The position numbers and the translations under genes were made by a program. A stretch of DNA of 64,000 nucleotides from an uncultured Gemmatimonadales bacterium. GTDB lineage: Bacteria; Gemmatimonadota; Gemmatimonadetes; Gemmatimonadales; Gemmatimonadaceae. This document shows positions 27,921 to 38,012 of the stretch, piece after piece (the first letter of the stretch is position 1; every line of letters begins with the position of its first letter). A model generated the notes under the pieces. It was not told the origin of the DNA, made no database searches, and saw only the letters and a list, made by a program, of their open reading frames with translations. The stretch spans positions 2,880,001 through 2,944,000 of the forward strand of contig OY969695.1 in the NCBI GenBank assembly GCA_963701965.1, read 5' to 3'.

Positions 27921-28579
27921 GATACCGGCCCTCCCACCCGCGTCCAGGTGATCGACGTGACATAGAGCCCTAAGGGGTTCCGCTCGATGGTCTCCTCGGT
28001 CTCAGGCGGAGACACCCGGACGCTCAAATAGGCGTCCCACGCGTGGGTCACCGCGGGCGCCCCATTGGCGGGATACTCGGTCTCGGTCCACTGCACACGC
28101 CATCCGGCGCCGCCGGTCCGGGGCACCGGCAACACCGCGGTGACGTCCGCCGTCCGCGTCATCGTGCGACCAAGAACGCGCGGGTTGTTCCGGGGATCAC
28201 CGTAGTACGCGTTCAAGAACGCGGCGCCACCTTGGTCGAGATAGGCGTACGCGCGCGCCAACACATCGGCCTCCGCGGCCTCCGATGGCACCACGGTCCG
28301 CACATTGCGCACGAACTCGGCGAGTTGCGCGATCACGAGGCGCGTGTCCGCGTGGCGCAATGGCTCGGCGGGCCCGAACGCCCGCGCCTGCCCGAGCTTG
28401 TCGACTTCCACGAGATAGGGCGTCACGCGCGCGGTGAGCGACAGCCGCACATAGCCGGCGGTCTCGATGATCTGCCCGATGACGAGCGCGAACGCCATGA
28501 GCTGCCAGTTGCGCTTCCCGCGGGCGAGATTGGCGTACACGCCCTCGAACTCGCGCCGGGCCGCCACCCACGTGCTCAT
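27917..28579 (-). CDS. trbF: T4SS TrbF/VirB8
   Basis: AARREFE...RNWQLMAF, PYLVEVDKLG, RNPLGLYVTSITW; start at MSTW (28579) with GAGG RBS. Confidence 0.9.
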   Translation of the reverse strand: MSTWVAARREFEGVYANLARGKRNWQLMAFALVIGQIIETAGYVRLSLTARVTPYLVEVDKLGQARAFGPAEPLRHADTRLVIAQLAEFVRNVRTVVPSEAAEADVLARAYAYLDQGGAAFLNAYYGDPRNNPRVLGRTMTRTADVTAVLPVPRTGGAGWRVQWTETEYPANGAPAVTHAWDAYLSVRVSPPETEETIERNPLGLYVTSITWTRVGGPVS

Positions 28580-28586
28580 GGTTGCC

Positions 28587-29420
28587 TCACGAGCCGCGCA
28601 GGGCACCGGCGAGTCCGAACGACTGCCGCGCAGCGATCCACCGCGCGCCATGCTCGGGCACCCGCGTCGCCAACAGCGCGAATAACACGGCGCCGCCCAA
28701 CACCTGCCCCAGCGGCGAACCCGGACCAAAGAGCTGATCGGCCTGGATCAACGCCACCCACCCGCGCGACAACTCGCTCCCTAAACTCACCATGAGATAG
28801 AGGAGAAAGATCTTGACGCCCACATGCACGGCGTAGGTCAGAAACCCGTCGGCGATCCCCGCCGTCCCCCGAAACGCCGCGAAGCCGAGGAACACCACGC
28901 CCCCGCCCAATACCACGTAGCTCTCGACGAGGACCATCACGAGCTGCGCAGCCACCGCGATGTACGCTCCCAACACGATGACGGCGCTCAACGCGGCGAA
29001 GAGCGCCATTGCGGGGTTCGCCAGTACGCCGACGACGTCGAGGGCCGTCAATAGCTTGGCGGCGAGCGCCATCCCGATGTCGATGATGTCGGACGGATTC
29101 ACGGTGCCGGCCACGCCAATGGCGCGCTCGCCAGCGGCCGCGAACCCGTCGATGAACGGTGGGATCCAGAACGCGAACGATGTGATCAACGACAAGAGCA
29201 CCGCGAGCAGCGCAAACTTGAGCACGAACCGCGCGGCAATGTCGTCCAACGCGTCCCGGCGCAACCCGTACACCAGGCCCGATACCACGACTTCGATGCC
29301 GGCCAAGAGCGCGAACGCCCGCTGGGCCACGGGCACGAGCCGCGCCAGCCAGTCGTGCGAGGCCAACCGGTAGGCGTCGGCGATCCCATCAAGGATCGGC
29401 CCGGTGGTCTGGATCTGCAT
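28587..29420 (-). CDS. trbL: T4SS TrbL/VirB6
   Basis: Polytopic C-terminal half of ORF 28587..30146 (NPSDIIDIG, VESYVVLGGGVVFLGF). ATG at 29420 overlaps the trbJ stop. Confidence 0.88.
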   Translation of the reverse strand: MQIQTTGPILDGIADAYRLASHDWLARLVPVAQRAFALLAGIEVVVSGLVYGLRRDALDDIAARFVLKFALLAVLLSLITSFAFWIPPFIDGFAAAGERAIGVAGTVNPSDIIDIGMALAAKLLTALDVVGVLANPAMALFAALSAVIVLGAYIAVAAQLVMVLVESYVVLGGGVVFLGFAAFRGTAGIADGFLTYAVHVGVKIFLLYLMVSLGSELSRGWVALIQADQLFGPGSPLGQVLGGAVLFALLATRVPEHGARWIAARQSFGLAGALRGS

Positions 29421-30106
29421 CAGGGCCGATACGAAAAGGACGGACGCCGGGGCGGGGTCGCCGCCATCCCGGCCAGCAACGCGCGCGCGTTTTCCTGGGC
29501 CTGGGCTTGGGCGTTGACCTGGCTCGCATAGTACACGGCCTGGGCGTTGGTCTGGGCCGCAATAGCCTGCCGCAACAACAGCAGCTCCTCCGCGCTGTAC
29601 ACGTGCACGGTGTTGGCGAGCTCCAGGGACTCCTCGTGCCCGTTGGATGCGGCGACCTGCGCCTTGAACTGGTCGATCTGCGTGGCGCCGGGCGCGAACG
29701 TGGACGCGCCGACGCGCGTGGCGTCGAGCGCACCGGCCAACGTGGCCATGGTCGCGGCGTTCCGCGCGCGCTCGTCCGCGGGAAAGTCCCGCGTCGCCGC
29801 GGCGGGGAACCGGGCCGCGAATCGCTGATCGAGATCGCTCGACGAATACGCGATCGCGGCGCCCTGACTCTGCGCCACGCTGGCGGCCTGCACGACGCCA
29901 CCGATCTGCCGCCACACCGGCGAGCCGAGCTTCTTCAGGGCCTGCACTTGGTTGGCGATCTGGGACTCGGCCAACCGGATCTGCTCGAGCGCCTTGAGAT
30001 AGTGGGCGACGCTCTCGGCGTAGTTTGTGGGATCGAACACCGTGAACTGGGCCCGCGCACTGGCGGGCAGCATGATGGCCAGCACCGCCACTCTCACTGT
30101 TCGCAT
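29420..30106 (-). CDS. trbJ: T4SS TrbJ/VirB5
   Basis: Signal peptide then VFDPTNY; Gln-rich helical; lies between trbE and trbL. Confidence 0.85.
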   Translation of the reverse strand: MRTVRVAVLAIMLPASARAQFTVFDPTNYAESVAHYLKALEQIRLAESQIANQVQALKKLGSPVWRQIGGVVQAASVAQSQGAAIAYSSSDLDQRFAARFPAAATRDFPADERARNAATMATLAGALDATRVGASTFAPGATQIDQFKAQVAASNGHEESLELANTVHVYSAEELLLLRQAIAAQTNAQAVYYASQVNAQAQAQENARALLAGMAATPPRRPSFSYRP

Positions 30107-32481
30107 GATGCCTCCTCGAGCCAAACGTGAACCCACGCGTCGCCATGGGCCGCCATCAACGCGGCGGCCCGGCGCCGCACGTCGTCGCCCGACGCCAAAA
30201 ACGCCCGGGCCACCGGCCCGAGCGCGAGATCGAACAGCCGGCTGCCGTGGGGCGACGTGAGATAGTAGTCGCGCTTGGGCACGGCCCGGGCGATGGTCTC
30301 GATTTCTCTAGCCCCAAGTCCGAGCGCGGCGTACACGGCGGCGGTGTCGGGAGACGCGGCGTCGGCGTTCGGCAGATAGATGCGCGTCGGACAGGACTCC
30401 CGGATCAAGTGGGCATGGGGCATGTCGCGGAGCTGCGCGGCGCTATGCGCCACCAGCACGACGGCGGCGTTCTGCTTGCGCAGCGTCAAGAGCCACTGCT
30501 TGATCCGGGACGCGAACGTGGTGCGCAGCAGCGGACCCCACAACTCCTCGATCACGATGAGCGCGGGCCGGCCGTCGAGCTGCCGCTCCACGTGTCGGAA
30601 CAGCGCCAACACCGCGGGCACGAGCACGCGGTCGTCCATCTCCAGCAACGACCGCAGCTCATACACGGTATAGCGCGTCGCATCGGCCGGCGACGGGTCT
30701 GCCGTCTCCGTGCCATCGACCACGCCGCCGTACACGCCACCGATGTATGGGGCCAACGCGGCAACGAGGGCCCGGTCCTGCACCTGCCGAGCGAACTCCG
30801 CCAGGGTGCGATGCTCCGGCGCGGTCTCACCCAACAACGCCAACGCGCGCTCGATGCGCGCCCGCATCGCCGCCGTCACCGTTACGCCCTGGAACTCGGC
30901 GATGCTCTCGACCCACTCGGCGCACCACGCGTCAATGACGCGCAGCGGTTGTAGCGCCGTGCCGCCGCCGGGTACCAGGTCGATGTGCCGGCCGCCCAAC
31001 GCTTGACACAGGAGCCATGCCGAATACCCGACGTCGAACACGAACACGCGGGCCCCCGGGTAGCGCAGGAACTGCGCGCCGAGGAGCCCCACCAGAGTGG
31101 ATTTGCCAGCGCCGGTCTGGCCGACGATCAGCGTGTGCCCCACGTCCGACACGTGGAGGTTCACCCGAAACGGCGTCGATCCGTCGGTGGCCGCCCACAG
31201 AAGCGGCGGACTCCCCGCCGGAAAGTACGGACTGGGATTCGCGGCCAAGCCGGGCCACACGCCGGTCACGGGCACCAGATCGGCGATCGCCGCGCCGCTC
31301 ACGATGGGACGGCGCACGTTGGGCGATCCGTGCCCCGGCAGCGTGCCCAGAAAGGCCTCGACCGCGTTCACGGTCTCGATCCGCGCGCCGAAACCGGCAT
31401 CGCCCAATGCGCGCACGATGGCGCGGGCCACGGTATCGGCGCCGCGGTCGTCGTCCGCGGTGACGACCGCCACCTGGTTGTACACGCAAAACCGCGCGCG
31501 CCCGCTGGCGTTCTCGGCCGCGGCGCCGGCCGCATCCTGCGCCATGCGGGCGGCGTCATTGTCGAGCCACTGGGTGTCGGTCAATGCGCTGGCCGAACGG
31601 TGCGTCATCTCCCGCAACCACTCGCCGGCGCCCTTTCGCTTCTGGAACCATCGCAGCTGATGCCGCCGGATGAGCCGCGCCGCTGTCGCCTGCGACAAGG
31701 GCAATATCCGGTGGGACCAGCGATACTCGGCCGGCAGCGCGGCGATGGACTCCAGCATGCCCGGCACAGACGTATCCGGCCAACCGGTGACGGCGACACA
31801 ACGGATCGACTTGCCGCCGATGCGCGGCTCGAACCCGCCCGTCAGCTCACCCGTGGCCAGCGCCATATTGAGATAGGCGCCGGACGGCGGCACGCGCACG
31901 GGATGCCAGAGGCCCGTGAGGCAGCCGTGCAGATGCGTGCACAGTGCGTCGGCGTCCAGCGGCTCCAACACCAGACGGGCGCTGAGCCGGTCCGTGATAC
32001 CGCGTAGCGCGCGCCGGTAGGCGCCCAGCAGGGTGCCCCACGTCGTCTGCGGCGTGGGGCGGTGCGCGTAGAGCAGGGCGCGGGCCCGCGAGCCCGCGTC
32101 CGACGGCGGCAGCCACGTCACGCTCAGCACGTACGTCGTCTCGTAGCGGCGATCGCCGCGGGCGTACGCCGCACGGCGCTCATCGTCGATCATCGCCGCG
32201 ACCGGCGCGGGAAACACCGACGTCGGGTACACCGGCGCGGGTCGGCGCACGGCGTCGAGATGCCAGCACCAGTCGTCGCCGTGCGACAGCAGCGCGTCGC
32301 TCACTGTTCGCGACAACGCCTCGCGCTCGGCGTCCGAGGCGGCCGAGATATCCGGTCCGCGATATGTGAACGCGGAGAGGAGGGCGCCGTCTTTTTGGAG
32401 GACGATCCCGTCGTCGATCATGAACGCCCACGTCAGGAGATCGGCCACGCCGGTGGCGTGGGGGCGGTGCTCGCGCAGCAT
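30094..32481 (-). CDS. trbE: T4SS TrbE/VirB4 ATPase
   Basis: GIVLQKDG, DVGHTLIVGQTGAGKST, FDVGYS, WLLTLRKQNA, SCPTRIYLPN. Confidence 0.95.
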   Translation of the reverse strand: MLREHRPHATGVADLLTWAFMIDDGIVLQKDGALLSAFTYRGPDISAASDAEREALSRTVSDALLSHGDDWCWHLDAVRRPAPVYPTSVFPAPVAAMIDDERRAAYARGDRRYETTYVLSVTWLPPSDAGSRARALLYAHRPTPQTTWGTLLGAYRRALRGITDRLSARLVLEPLDADALCTHLHGCLTGLWHPVRVPPSGAYLNMALATGELTGGFEPRIGGKSIRCVAVTGWPDTSVPGMLESIAALPAEYRWSHRILPLSQATAARLIRRHQLRWFQKRKGAGEWLREMTHRSASALTDTQWLDNDAARMAQDAAGAAAENASGRARFCVYNQVAVVTADDDRGADTVARAIVRALGDAGFGARIETVNAVEAFLGTLPGHGSPNVRRPIVSGAAIADLVPVTGVWPGLAANPSPYFPAGSPPLLWAATDGSTPFRVNLHVSDVGHTLIVGQTGAGKSTLVGLLGAQFLRYPGARVFVFDVGYSAWLLCQALGGRHIDLVPGGGTALQPLRVIDAWCAEWVESIAEFQGVTVTAAMRARIERALALLGETAPEHRTLAEFARQVQDRALVAALAPYIGGVYGGVVDGTETADPSPADATRYTVYELRSLLEMDDRVLVPAVLALFRHVERQLDGRPALIVIEELWGPLLRTTFASRIKQWLLTLRKQNAAVVLVAHSAAQLRDMPHAHLIRESCPTRIYLPNADAASPDTAAVYAALGLGAREIETIARAVPKRDYYLTSPHGSRLFDLALGPVARAFLASGDDVRRRAAALMAAHGDAWVHVWLEEASCEQ

Positions 32482-32482
32482 C

Positions 32483-32791
32483 TCAGTGCCGCGGGATCGA
32501 GACGGGCGCCAGCGGCGGCCGGGCGCGGGGATGCGCGTGCGGCGGATAGTAGTCGCGCCACCGGAGGGAGCGGAGATACACGGCCGCGATCGCCGGATCG
32601 GCGACCGTCGCCCGGACCATCGCCGTATGAATGACCGTGAGATAGAACGCGCATAGCGCGATCGTCGCCACGTGCAGGCCGACTATGATGAGCAGCCCCA
32701 GCACGGCGCTGCCCTCGGCCACCGCGACCGCCGGCTCGACGCCGGCGAACAACACGGGCCGGTGGAGCGAGGCATGGATCGTGGCGCTCAT
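32483..32791 (-). CDS. trbD: T4SS TrbD/VirB3
   Basis: IHASLHRPVLFAGVE, two TM segments and DP motif; ATGA overlap with trbC. Confidence 0.88.
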   Translation of the reverse strand: MSATIHASLHRPVLFAGVEPAVAVAEGSAVLGLLIIVGLHVATIALCAFYLTVIHTAMVRATVADPAIAAVYLRSLRWRDYYPPHAHPRARPPLAPVSIPRH

Positions 32792-33093
32792 ACGGTGGCG
32801 CCCGCGAACTGCAGGAGCGCCACGATCTGCACGGCGCCGAACATGATGGCGATGGCGAAGATCGCCTGGCCAAACCGTTTCGCGCCGTCCTCGTGTCGCG
32901 TGAACCCCCACACGACGCCACCGATCACCAGCATGATGCCCGCCATGACGCGCGCGGTGGGGCCCGAGAGATTGGCCAGCAGCGTCTCGAACGGCAGGTT
33001 CCACGGCATGTCCGTGCCGCCGGTGCCCGCGAACGCCGGGGCCGGCGCTGCGAGCCCGGCTGCGAACAGCATCAGGGCAACGCCAACGCGCAT
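32788..33093 (-). CDS. trbC: T4SS pilin TrbC/VirB2
   Basis: Signal peptide, AGTGGTDMPWN, LSGPTAR and two hydrophobic helices. Confidence 0.9.
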   Translation of the reverse strand: MRVGVALMLFAAGLAAPAPAFAGTGGTDMPWNLPFETLLANLSGPTARVMAGIMLVIGGVVWGFTRHEDGAKRFGQAIFAIAIMFGAVQIVALLQFAGATV

Positions 33094-34055
33094 TGCGCCT
33101 CCGACTCGCCGAAACGGTCGATGCGATAGCGGCCCGCGCCGTCGAGGCCACGGAGCCGGGCCAACCGGCTGACGCGACGGTCGGCGCCGGACATCATCAC
33201 GATCCACTCCACGGCCTCGGCGATCAGCGCCGGTTGCGGCGGCACGTTGGCGCGTTGCGCCAGCCGGTCGAGCCGTGCCAGCGCGCCGGCCGGCGATGTC
33301 GCGTGCAGCGTCGCGACGCCACCCGGGTGTCCGGTCGCCCAGGCGTCGAGGAGATCGAGCGCGGCCTCATCGCGCACTTCGCCGACGATGATGCGGTCCG
33401 GGCTCGCCCGCAGCGTCGCCTTGACCAGCTGCGCCAGCGTGCTGCCGGCGGGCGTGCGGACCGCGAGATGATCGCGGGCCACGCACAGGAGCTCCGCCGT
33501 GTCCTCGAGGATCACGATCCGGTCGTTGGGGCAGACCCGGGTTATCTCATGAAGGACGGCGTTGGCGAACGTCGTCTTGCCGGAGTTCGTGCCGCCGCAC
33601 ACGAGAATGCTTTCCCGGCGCAGCACCGCGTCGCCGAGGGCGTGGCGGTGTGTGGCGGAGAGCGCGCCGCGGGCCACGTAGTCGTCGAGACCGTAGACGA
33701 TCGCCGGCGGTTTCCGGATGGTGAACGCCGGCGCCGGTGTCACTGGCGGCACGAACCCCTGGAGGCGCGCCCGCCGAAAGAACGCGTGCGGGAGCGTGGT
33801 CTGGAGGAACGGCGCCTCGGCGCCCAGCGCGACCCCGGCCCGCGCCGCGGCGGCGTTCAGGAACATCTCGACCTGGTCGCTCTCGATCGTGCACGGGAAC
33901 ACGCTGCGTCCGCCCGAGCGCGTGTCGACGCGTACGAGATGATCGTGCGGGTTGACGTAGACCTCGGTGACATCCTCGTCGGCCAGCGCGCCGGCCGCGA
34001 CCGGGCCCAGATAGCGGAGGAGCGGCTCCGCCTGATCGGTATCTTCGGCGTCCAT
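33072..34055 (-). CDS. trbB: T4SS TrbB/VirB11 ATPase
   Basis: FTIRKP, GGTNSGKTT, ILEDTAE, LRASPDRIIVGEVR, WATGHPGGVATLHA. Confidence 0.95.
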   Translation of the reverse strand: MDAEDTDQAEPLLRYLGPVAAGALADEDVTEVYVNPHDHLVRVDTRSGGRSVFPCTIESDQVEMFLNAAAARAGVALGAEAPFLQTTLPHAFFRRARLQGFVPPVTPAPAFTIRKPPAIVYGLDDYVARGALSATHRHALGDAVLRRESILVCGGTNSGKTTFANAVLHEITRVCPNDRIVILEDTAELLCVARDHLAVRTPAGSTLAQLVKATLRASPDRIIVGEVRDEAALDLLDAWATGHPGGVATLHATSPAGALARLDRLAQRANVPPQPALIAEAVEWIVMMSGADRRVSRLARLRGLDGAGRYRIDRFGESEAQCALALP

Positions 34056-34115
34056 TGGTCTCCTGGGAGAGAGGGTGATCTCTACCAGTCAAGACACACG
34101 CCGAGGCCTCGAGGA

Positions 34116-34832
34116 TCAATTTTGTCGAAAAGTCGCGACGTCAATGTGTTCGCCAGCGTGCACCGCGGACGGCTGGCCGGTGCGCGTGGTGTCCGCCCAG
34201 ACCATCACGCTCCCTTGTTCGACCGAGACGCCGACGGTGGAGTCCCACGTGTTGGCGCGGACGGTGAACACCGTGCCGACGGCCGTCACCAACACGCCTT
34301 GGGCGACGACCTCGAACGGGTGCGCGATGTCGGGATGGACCTGGAATCGCGCTTCGCCGTCGAGCGTGAGCGCGCGCGGCCGCCGGAAATACGACGCCCG
34401 GTAGCCCAACCGCGCCCCAGGCTCGAGCGTCGCCCGTGAGCCATCGGGCAGGCGCACGACGCGACGCGCGTCCATCGGCGCGGCGTATCGCTCGTTGGCG
34501 TGCGCCGCGACCAGCGGCGCCACGGAGAGGTACGTCACGCGGCCGATCACGAGCACGACGACCGCGGCGACAATGATCTCGGCCCACTGCAGGACGCGCC
34601 GCCCGCGCCGCGGGGTTGCGCGCGCCGAGAAGCTGGCCCACGCGGCGTCCACCGGATCGGGCGCATCGACACTCATGCCGAGCGCCAGGAGGTCGGCGGC
34701 GCGCCGGAGTCCCGGATCGCGCGCCAGGTCGCGCGCCACATCCGCCGCCTCGTCGGGTGGCAGGTCGCCCCGGATGTACTCGGCGAGCCGGAGATACACG
34801 CGGTCGCGCCGCGGCAGCCGCGGTGCGCTCAT
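34116..34832 (-). CDS. FecR-family anti-sigma factor (short, no C-terminal domain)
   Basis: LAEYIRG N-helix, one TM, VRLPDGSRATL, LDGEARFQV, VTAVGTVFTV, VSVEQGSV; ends right after the FecR domain. Confidence 0.9.
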   Translation of the reverse strand: MSAPRLPRRDRVYLRLAEYIRGDLPPDEAADVARDLARDPGLRRAADLLALGMSVDAPDPVDAAWASFSARATPRRGRRVLQWAEIIVAAVVVLVIGRVTYLSVAPLVAAHANERYAAPMDARRVVRLPDGSRATLEPGARLGYRASYFRRPRALTLDGEARFQVHPDIAHPFEVVAQGVLVTAVGTVFTVRANTWDSTVGVSVEQGSVMVWADTTRTGQPSAVHAGEHIDVATFRQN

Positions 34833-35443
34833 GATCGGCCGTCCGGTCGCGTGATGCGTCCGAGCGCGTCGGCCCAGTCTGTCTGGGCGAGGTTTCGAGC
34901 CAGCAAGTGCAAGGCTCGCGCGTGATGGCGCTTCACCGTGACGACCGAGATGCCGAGCCGCGCCGCGACCGCGTGCGCGTCGAGGCCCGCGCCGTGGCGG
35001 AGGCGGTAGACATCGCGGCAGCGCCGCGGCATCCCGCGCACTATCGCGTCGACCGTTGCTGCCAGTTCGTGAACGAGCGGCCGGTGTTCGCCGGAGTTGT
35101 CGACCGTCGGTTCTCCGGCGCCGTCCTCGAACGCCCAGGCGACGACCGTGTGCCGCGCCGCGCGCACGCGGTGGGCGCGGTTCAGCACCGCGCCATACAG
35201 GTAGCGCCCGAGACCCTGGTAGATCGTGAGCCGGTCGCGCGCCCGCCAGAGGCTCAAGAACACCTCCTGCACCAGCTCCTGCGCGTCATCGCGCGACAGC
35301 GTGCCCGAGTGGCGCGCGCAGGCCACGAGTGCTGGCCAGAACGCGCGGTAGACCCGTTCGAACGCCGCCCGGTCACCCGCGCGCACGCCCGCGATGACCG
35401 CGGGCTCGTCCTCCAGCTCCACACTGGGCGCGTCCGATTTCAC
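34829..35443 (-). CDS. ECF sigma factor (FecI-like)
   Basis: GDRAAFERVYRAF, DAQELVQEVFLSLW, MPRRCRDVYRLR...VAARLGISVVTVKRH; ATGA overlap with FecR. Confidence 0.92.
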   Translation of the reverse strand: MKSDAPSVELEDEPAVIAGVRAGDRAAFERVYRAFWPALVACARHSGTLSRDDAQELVQEVFLSLWRARDRLTIYQGLGRYLYGAVLNRAHRVRAARHTVVAWAFEDGAGEPTVDNSGEHRPLVHELAATVDAIVRGMPRRCRDVYRLRHGAGLDAHAVAARLGISVVTVKRHHARALHLLARNLAQTDWADALGRITRPDGRS

Positions 35444-35492
35444 TGTCCCCCCGCCGCCGTGACTTCGGCGACCGCTGGCTCGTATCCGTCCG

Positions 35493-36782
35493 ATGACCCT
35501 CGGCCGCGAAACTGGTGAGTGGACGGGACGCCGGCAAGGTGGCCCAAAGACGGTTGATCCTCGGACCCGTCTCGTGTGTCATCCGGCTTTAGCGGCGCTT
35601 GCGGCGCTGATGCTGGCCGTTGGTTGCCACGGTCACCACCCGCCGCCGGCGCCGGTGACGCGGGCCGAGGCTCCGATCGTGACACCCGATCATGCGATCC
35701 TGGCGCTCGACGCCACGCAGCGTCGCGAGCGCTTACAGCACGTCCTCGACGCCTACCGCGCGCGCGGCGGGATGCCGGGCGCGGTCCTCGCGGCGCGCTT
35801 CGGGGACAACACCACGATCGCGGTCGCATTGGGGTTCGCCGATCGCGAGCGCGGCACGCCAATGACGGCTGATGCGCGGATGCTGGCGGGCGGTGTGGCC
35901 CCGACGTTCTTCGCCGCCTTGGCGCTGGAGCTGGCGCGCGAGGGGCGTCTCGCGCTCGACACGCCGATCACCGTGTACCTGCACGGGGTCCCGTGGCTGC
36001 GCCGTTTGCCGAACGCCCAGCGGGTGACGCCGCGCATGCTGCTGTTGCAGACGAGCGGGTACGGCGGGTTCTCAAAGACGTTCTACGATGCGCTGGGGCG
36101 CGACCCGTTGCGGCCGCGGGAGCACGTCGAGATGCTGCGGTCTCTCTTTGAGACCGCGCCACGCGGCCAGCCTGGGGAGCGGTTCGAGGCGAGCGCGCTG
36201 GACTACGATCTCTTGGCGATGATCGAGGAAGCGATCACGCACGACGATCCGTACGCCGAGATCGAGCGCCGGTTCCTGCGGCGTTACGGGCTGCGCGAGA
36301 CGACGCCGGCGCTGAGCCCTCGTCTCGCCGGTCTCGTGCCCGGCTACACGGGGCCGGTCAGTCCGGTCGGCAACGCGCTGACGGGCGAGGGTACGCTCAT
36401 CGTCAATCCGCAGTTCGAGTGGGCGGCGGGCGGGTTCGTGTCGACGGGCGGCGATCTCGCGCGCTGGATCGCGGCGTATTGTCGCGGGGAGGTGGTGCCG
36501 CCGCGCGAGTGGGCGGAGGTCATTCGCGGCGACGGGGTGCCGGCGCCTGCATTCGGGCCCGGCGTGCGTTGGGGGCTGGGGCTCACGATCGAGCACACGG
36601 CGCTGGGACCGGCGTTCGGCACACGGGGGTTCTTCCCGGGGTATATGTCCGAGGCCCGGTGGTATCGTGACATCAATGTGGCGATCGCCATTCAAGTGAA
36701 TACGAGCGATCCCGATGCGTTGCCCGGGTGGGCGGCGGGGGTGGTGCTCGACGAGGCGGCGCAAGCGCTCACGCGGCAGTAG
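35493..36782 (+). CDS. Beta-lactamase-fold (serine hydrolase) lipoprotein lacking catalytic residues
   Basis: LAVGC lipobox; PGAVLAA, LALDTPI, VTPRMLLLQTSG, PGERF, AAGGFVSTGGDLARW. The SxxK position reads GVAP. Confidence 0.85.
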   Translation: MTLGRETGEWTGRRQGGPKTVDPRTRLVCHPALAALAALMLAVGCHGHHPPPAPVTRAEAPIVTPDHAILALDATQRRERLQHVLDAYRARGGMPGAVLAARFGDNTTIAVALGFADRERGTPMTADARMLAGGVAPTFFAALALELAREGRLALDTPITVYLHGVPWLRRLPNAQRVTPRMLLLQTSGYGGFSKTFYDALGRDPLRPREHVEMLRSLFETAPRGQPGERFEASALDYDLLAMIEEAITHDDPYAEIERRFLRRYGLRETTPALSPRLAGLVPGYTGPVSPVGNALTGEGTLIVNPQFEWAAGGFVSTGGDLARWIAAYCRGEVVPPREWAEVIRGDGVPAPAFGPGVRWGLGLTIEHTALGPAFGTRGFFPGYMSEARWYRDINVAIAIQVNTSDPDALPGWAAGVVLDEAAQALTRQ

Positions 36783-36815
36783 TCCTGGCGGGGGACCGCG
36801 TGTCATATTGCAATC

Positions 36816-38012
36816 GTGACCGAGCACGTACAGTCGAGCCCGTTTCGCACGTCGGGCGCGCAGCAGCGCGTGTCGCAGCCGCAGCAGCGCGCGTCGGAGC
36901 AGCGCCTTGCGCGGGTTCCCGATGTCGACTGGACGCTCGACTTGCGGACGGACGCGTTATCGATGTCCGACACGTTGATGGTCTCGTTCGGGTGGCCGAG
37001 TGAGGACGCGACCACGCGCCAGTGGTGGATGGAGCGGTTGCATCCCGACGATCGGGAGCGCATGCTCAGCGAGACGGCCGCGGTGATGGATGGTGCCGAT
37101 GCGCGGTCGGGCGTGAGCTATCGGTTTCGGGATGGGCACGGCGAGTACGTGCGCGTGCTCGATCGATGGGCGATCGAGCGGGACGCGGCGGGGCGGGCGA
37201 CACGGATCGTGGGGACGTTGGTCAATCTGACGGCGCGTCACGCGGCCGATCTCACGGAGACGCGACTGTTGGTGATGGAGAGTGCGGCGCGGGCGAACGC
37301 CGAAGCGGCGAACCGTGCCAAGGCCGAGTTTCTGGCGGCGATGAGTCATGAGCTCCGGACACCGCTCAACGCCATTGCTGGATACTCCGAGCTCTTGGAG
37401 ATGGAAGTGCACGGGCCATTGAGCCCGATGCAGCGCGAGGACGTCAAGCGCATCCAGAACGCCAGCGCGCATTTGTTGGCGCTGATCAGCGACATCCTCG
37501 ACTTCACGCGGATCGAAGCCTCGCGCGTGGAGCTCAGGGTGCGCGACATGCCGATCGACGCGGTGCTGACACCGGCGATGGTGATGGTCGAGCCGCAGGC
37601 GGACGCCAAGGGCGTGTCGGCGTCCTATCTGGGCTGCGATCCGAAGCGCACGGCGCGGGCCGATCCCGAGCGCGTGCGACAGATCGTGCTCAACCTCCTG
37701 TCGAACGCCATCAAGTTCACGCGCTCAGGCGGGTGCGTCGTGTTGGCGTGCGATGGGGGGAGCGATCCCGTTCGCATCACGGTGAGCGACACCGGCCGCG
37801 GGATCCCGCCGGACAAGCTCGAGGCGATCTTCGAGCCGTTCGTGCAGGTCGGTCGCGCGCTCGGCATGGGCGAGCATGGCGGCGTCGGGCTGGGGCTCGC
37901 CATCAGCCGCGAGTTGGCGCGGCGTATGGAGGGCGATCTCACCGTGCAGAGCGTGCACGGCGAGGGGTCGACGTTCACGCTGACGTTGCCGGCGGGACCG
38001 CTCCATGACTGA
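36816..38012 (+). CDS. Soluble PAS-domain histidine kinase
   Basis: PAS (WMERLHPDDRER), HisKA (AMSHELRTPLNAI), HATPase (NLLSNAIKFT, DTGRGIP, GLGLAI). Confidence 0.95.
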   Translation: MTEHVQSSPFRTSGAQQRVSQPQQRASEQRLARVPDVDWTLDLRTDALSMSDTLMVSFGWPSEDATTRQWWMERLHPDDRERMLSETAAVMDGADARSGVSYRFRDGHGEYVRVLDRWAIERDAAGRATRIVGTLVNLTARHAADLTETRLLVMESAARANAEAANRAKAEFLAAMSHELRTPLNAIAGYSELLEMEVHGPLSPMQREDVKRIQNASAHLLALISDILDFTRIEASRVELRVRDMPIDAVLTPAMVMVEPQADAKGVSASYLGCDPKRTARADPERVRQIVLNLLSNAIKFTRSGGCVVLACDGGSDPVRITVSDTGRGIPPDKLEAIFEPFVQVGRALGMGEHGGVGLGLAISRELARRMEGDLTVQSVHGEGSTFTLTLPAGPLHD

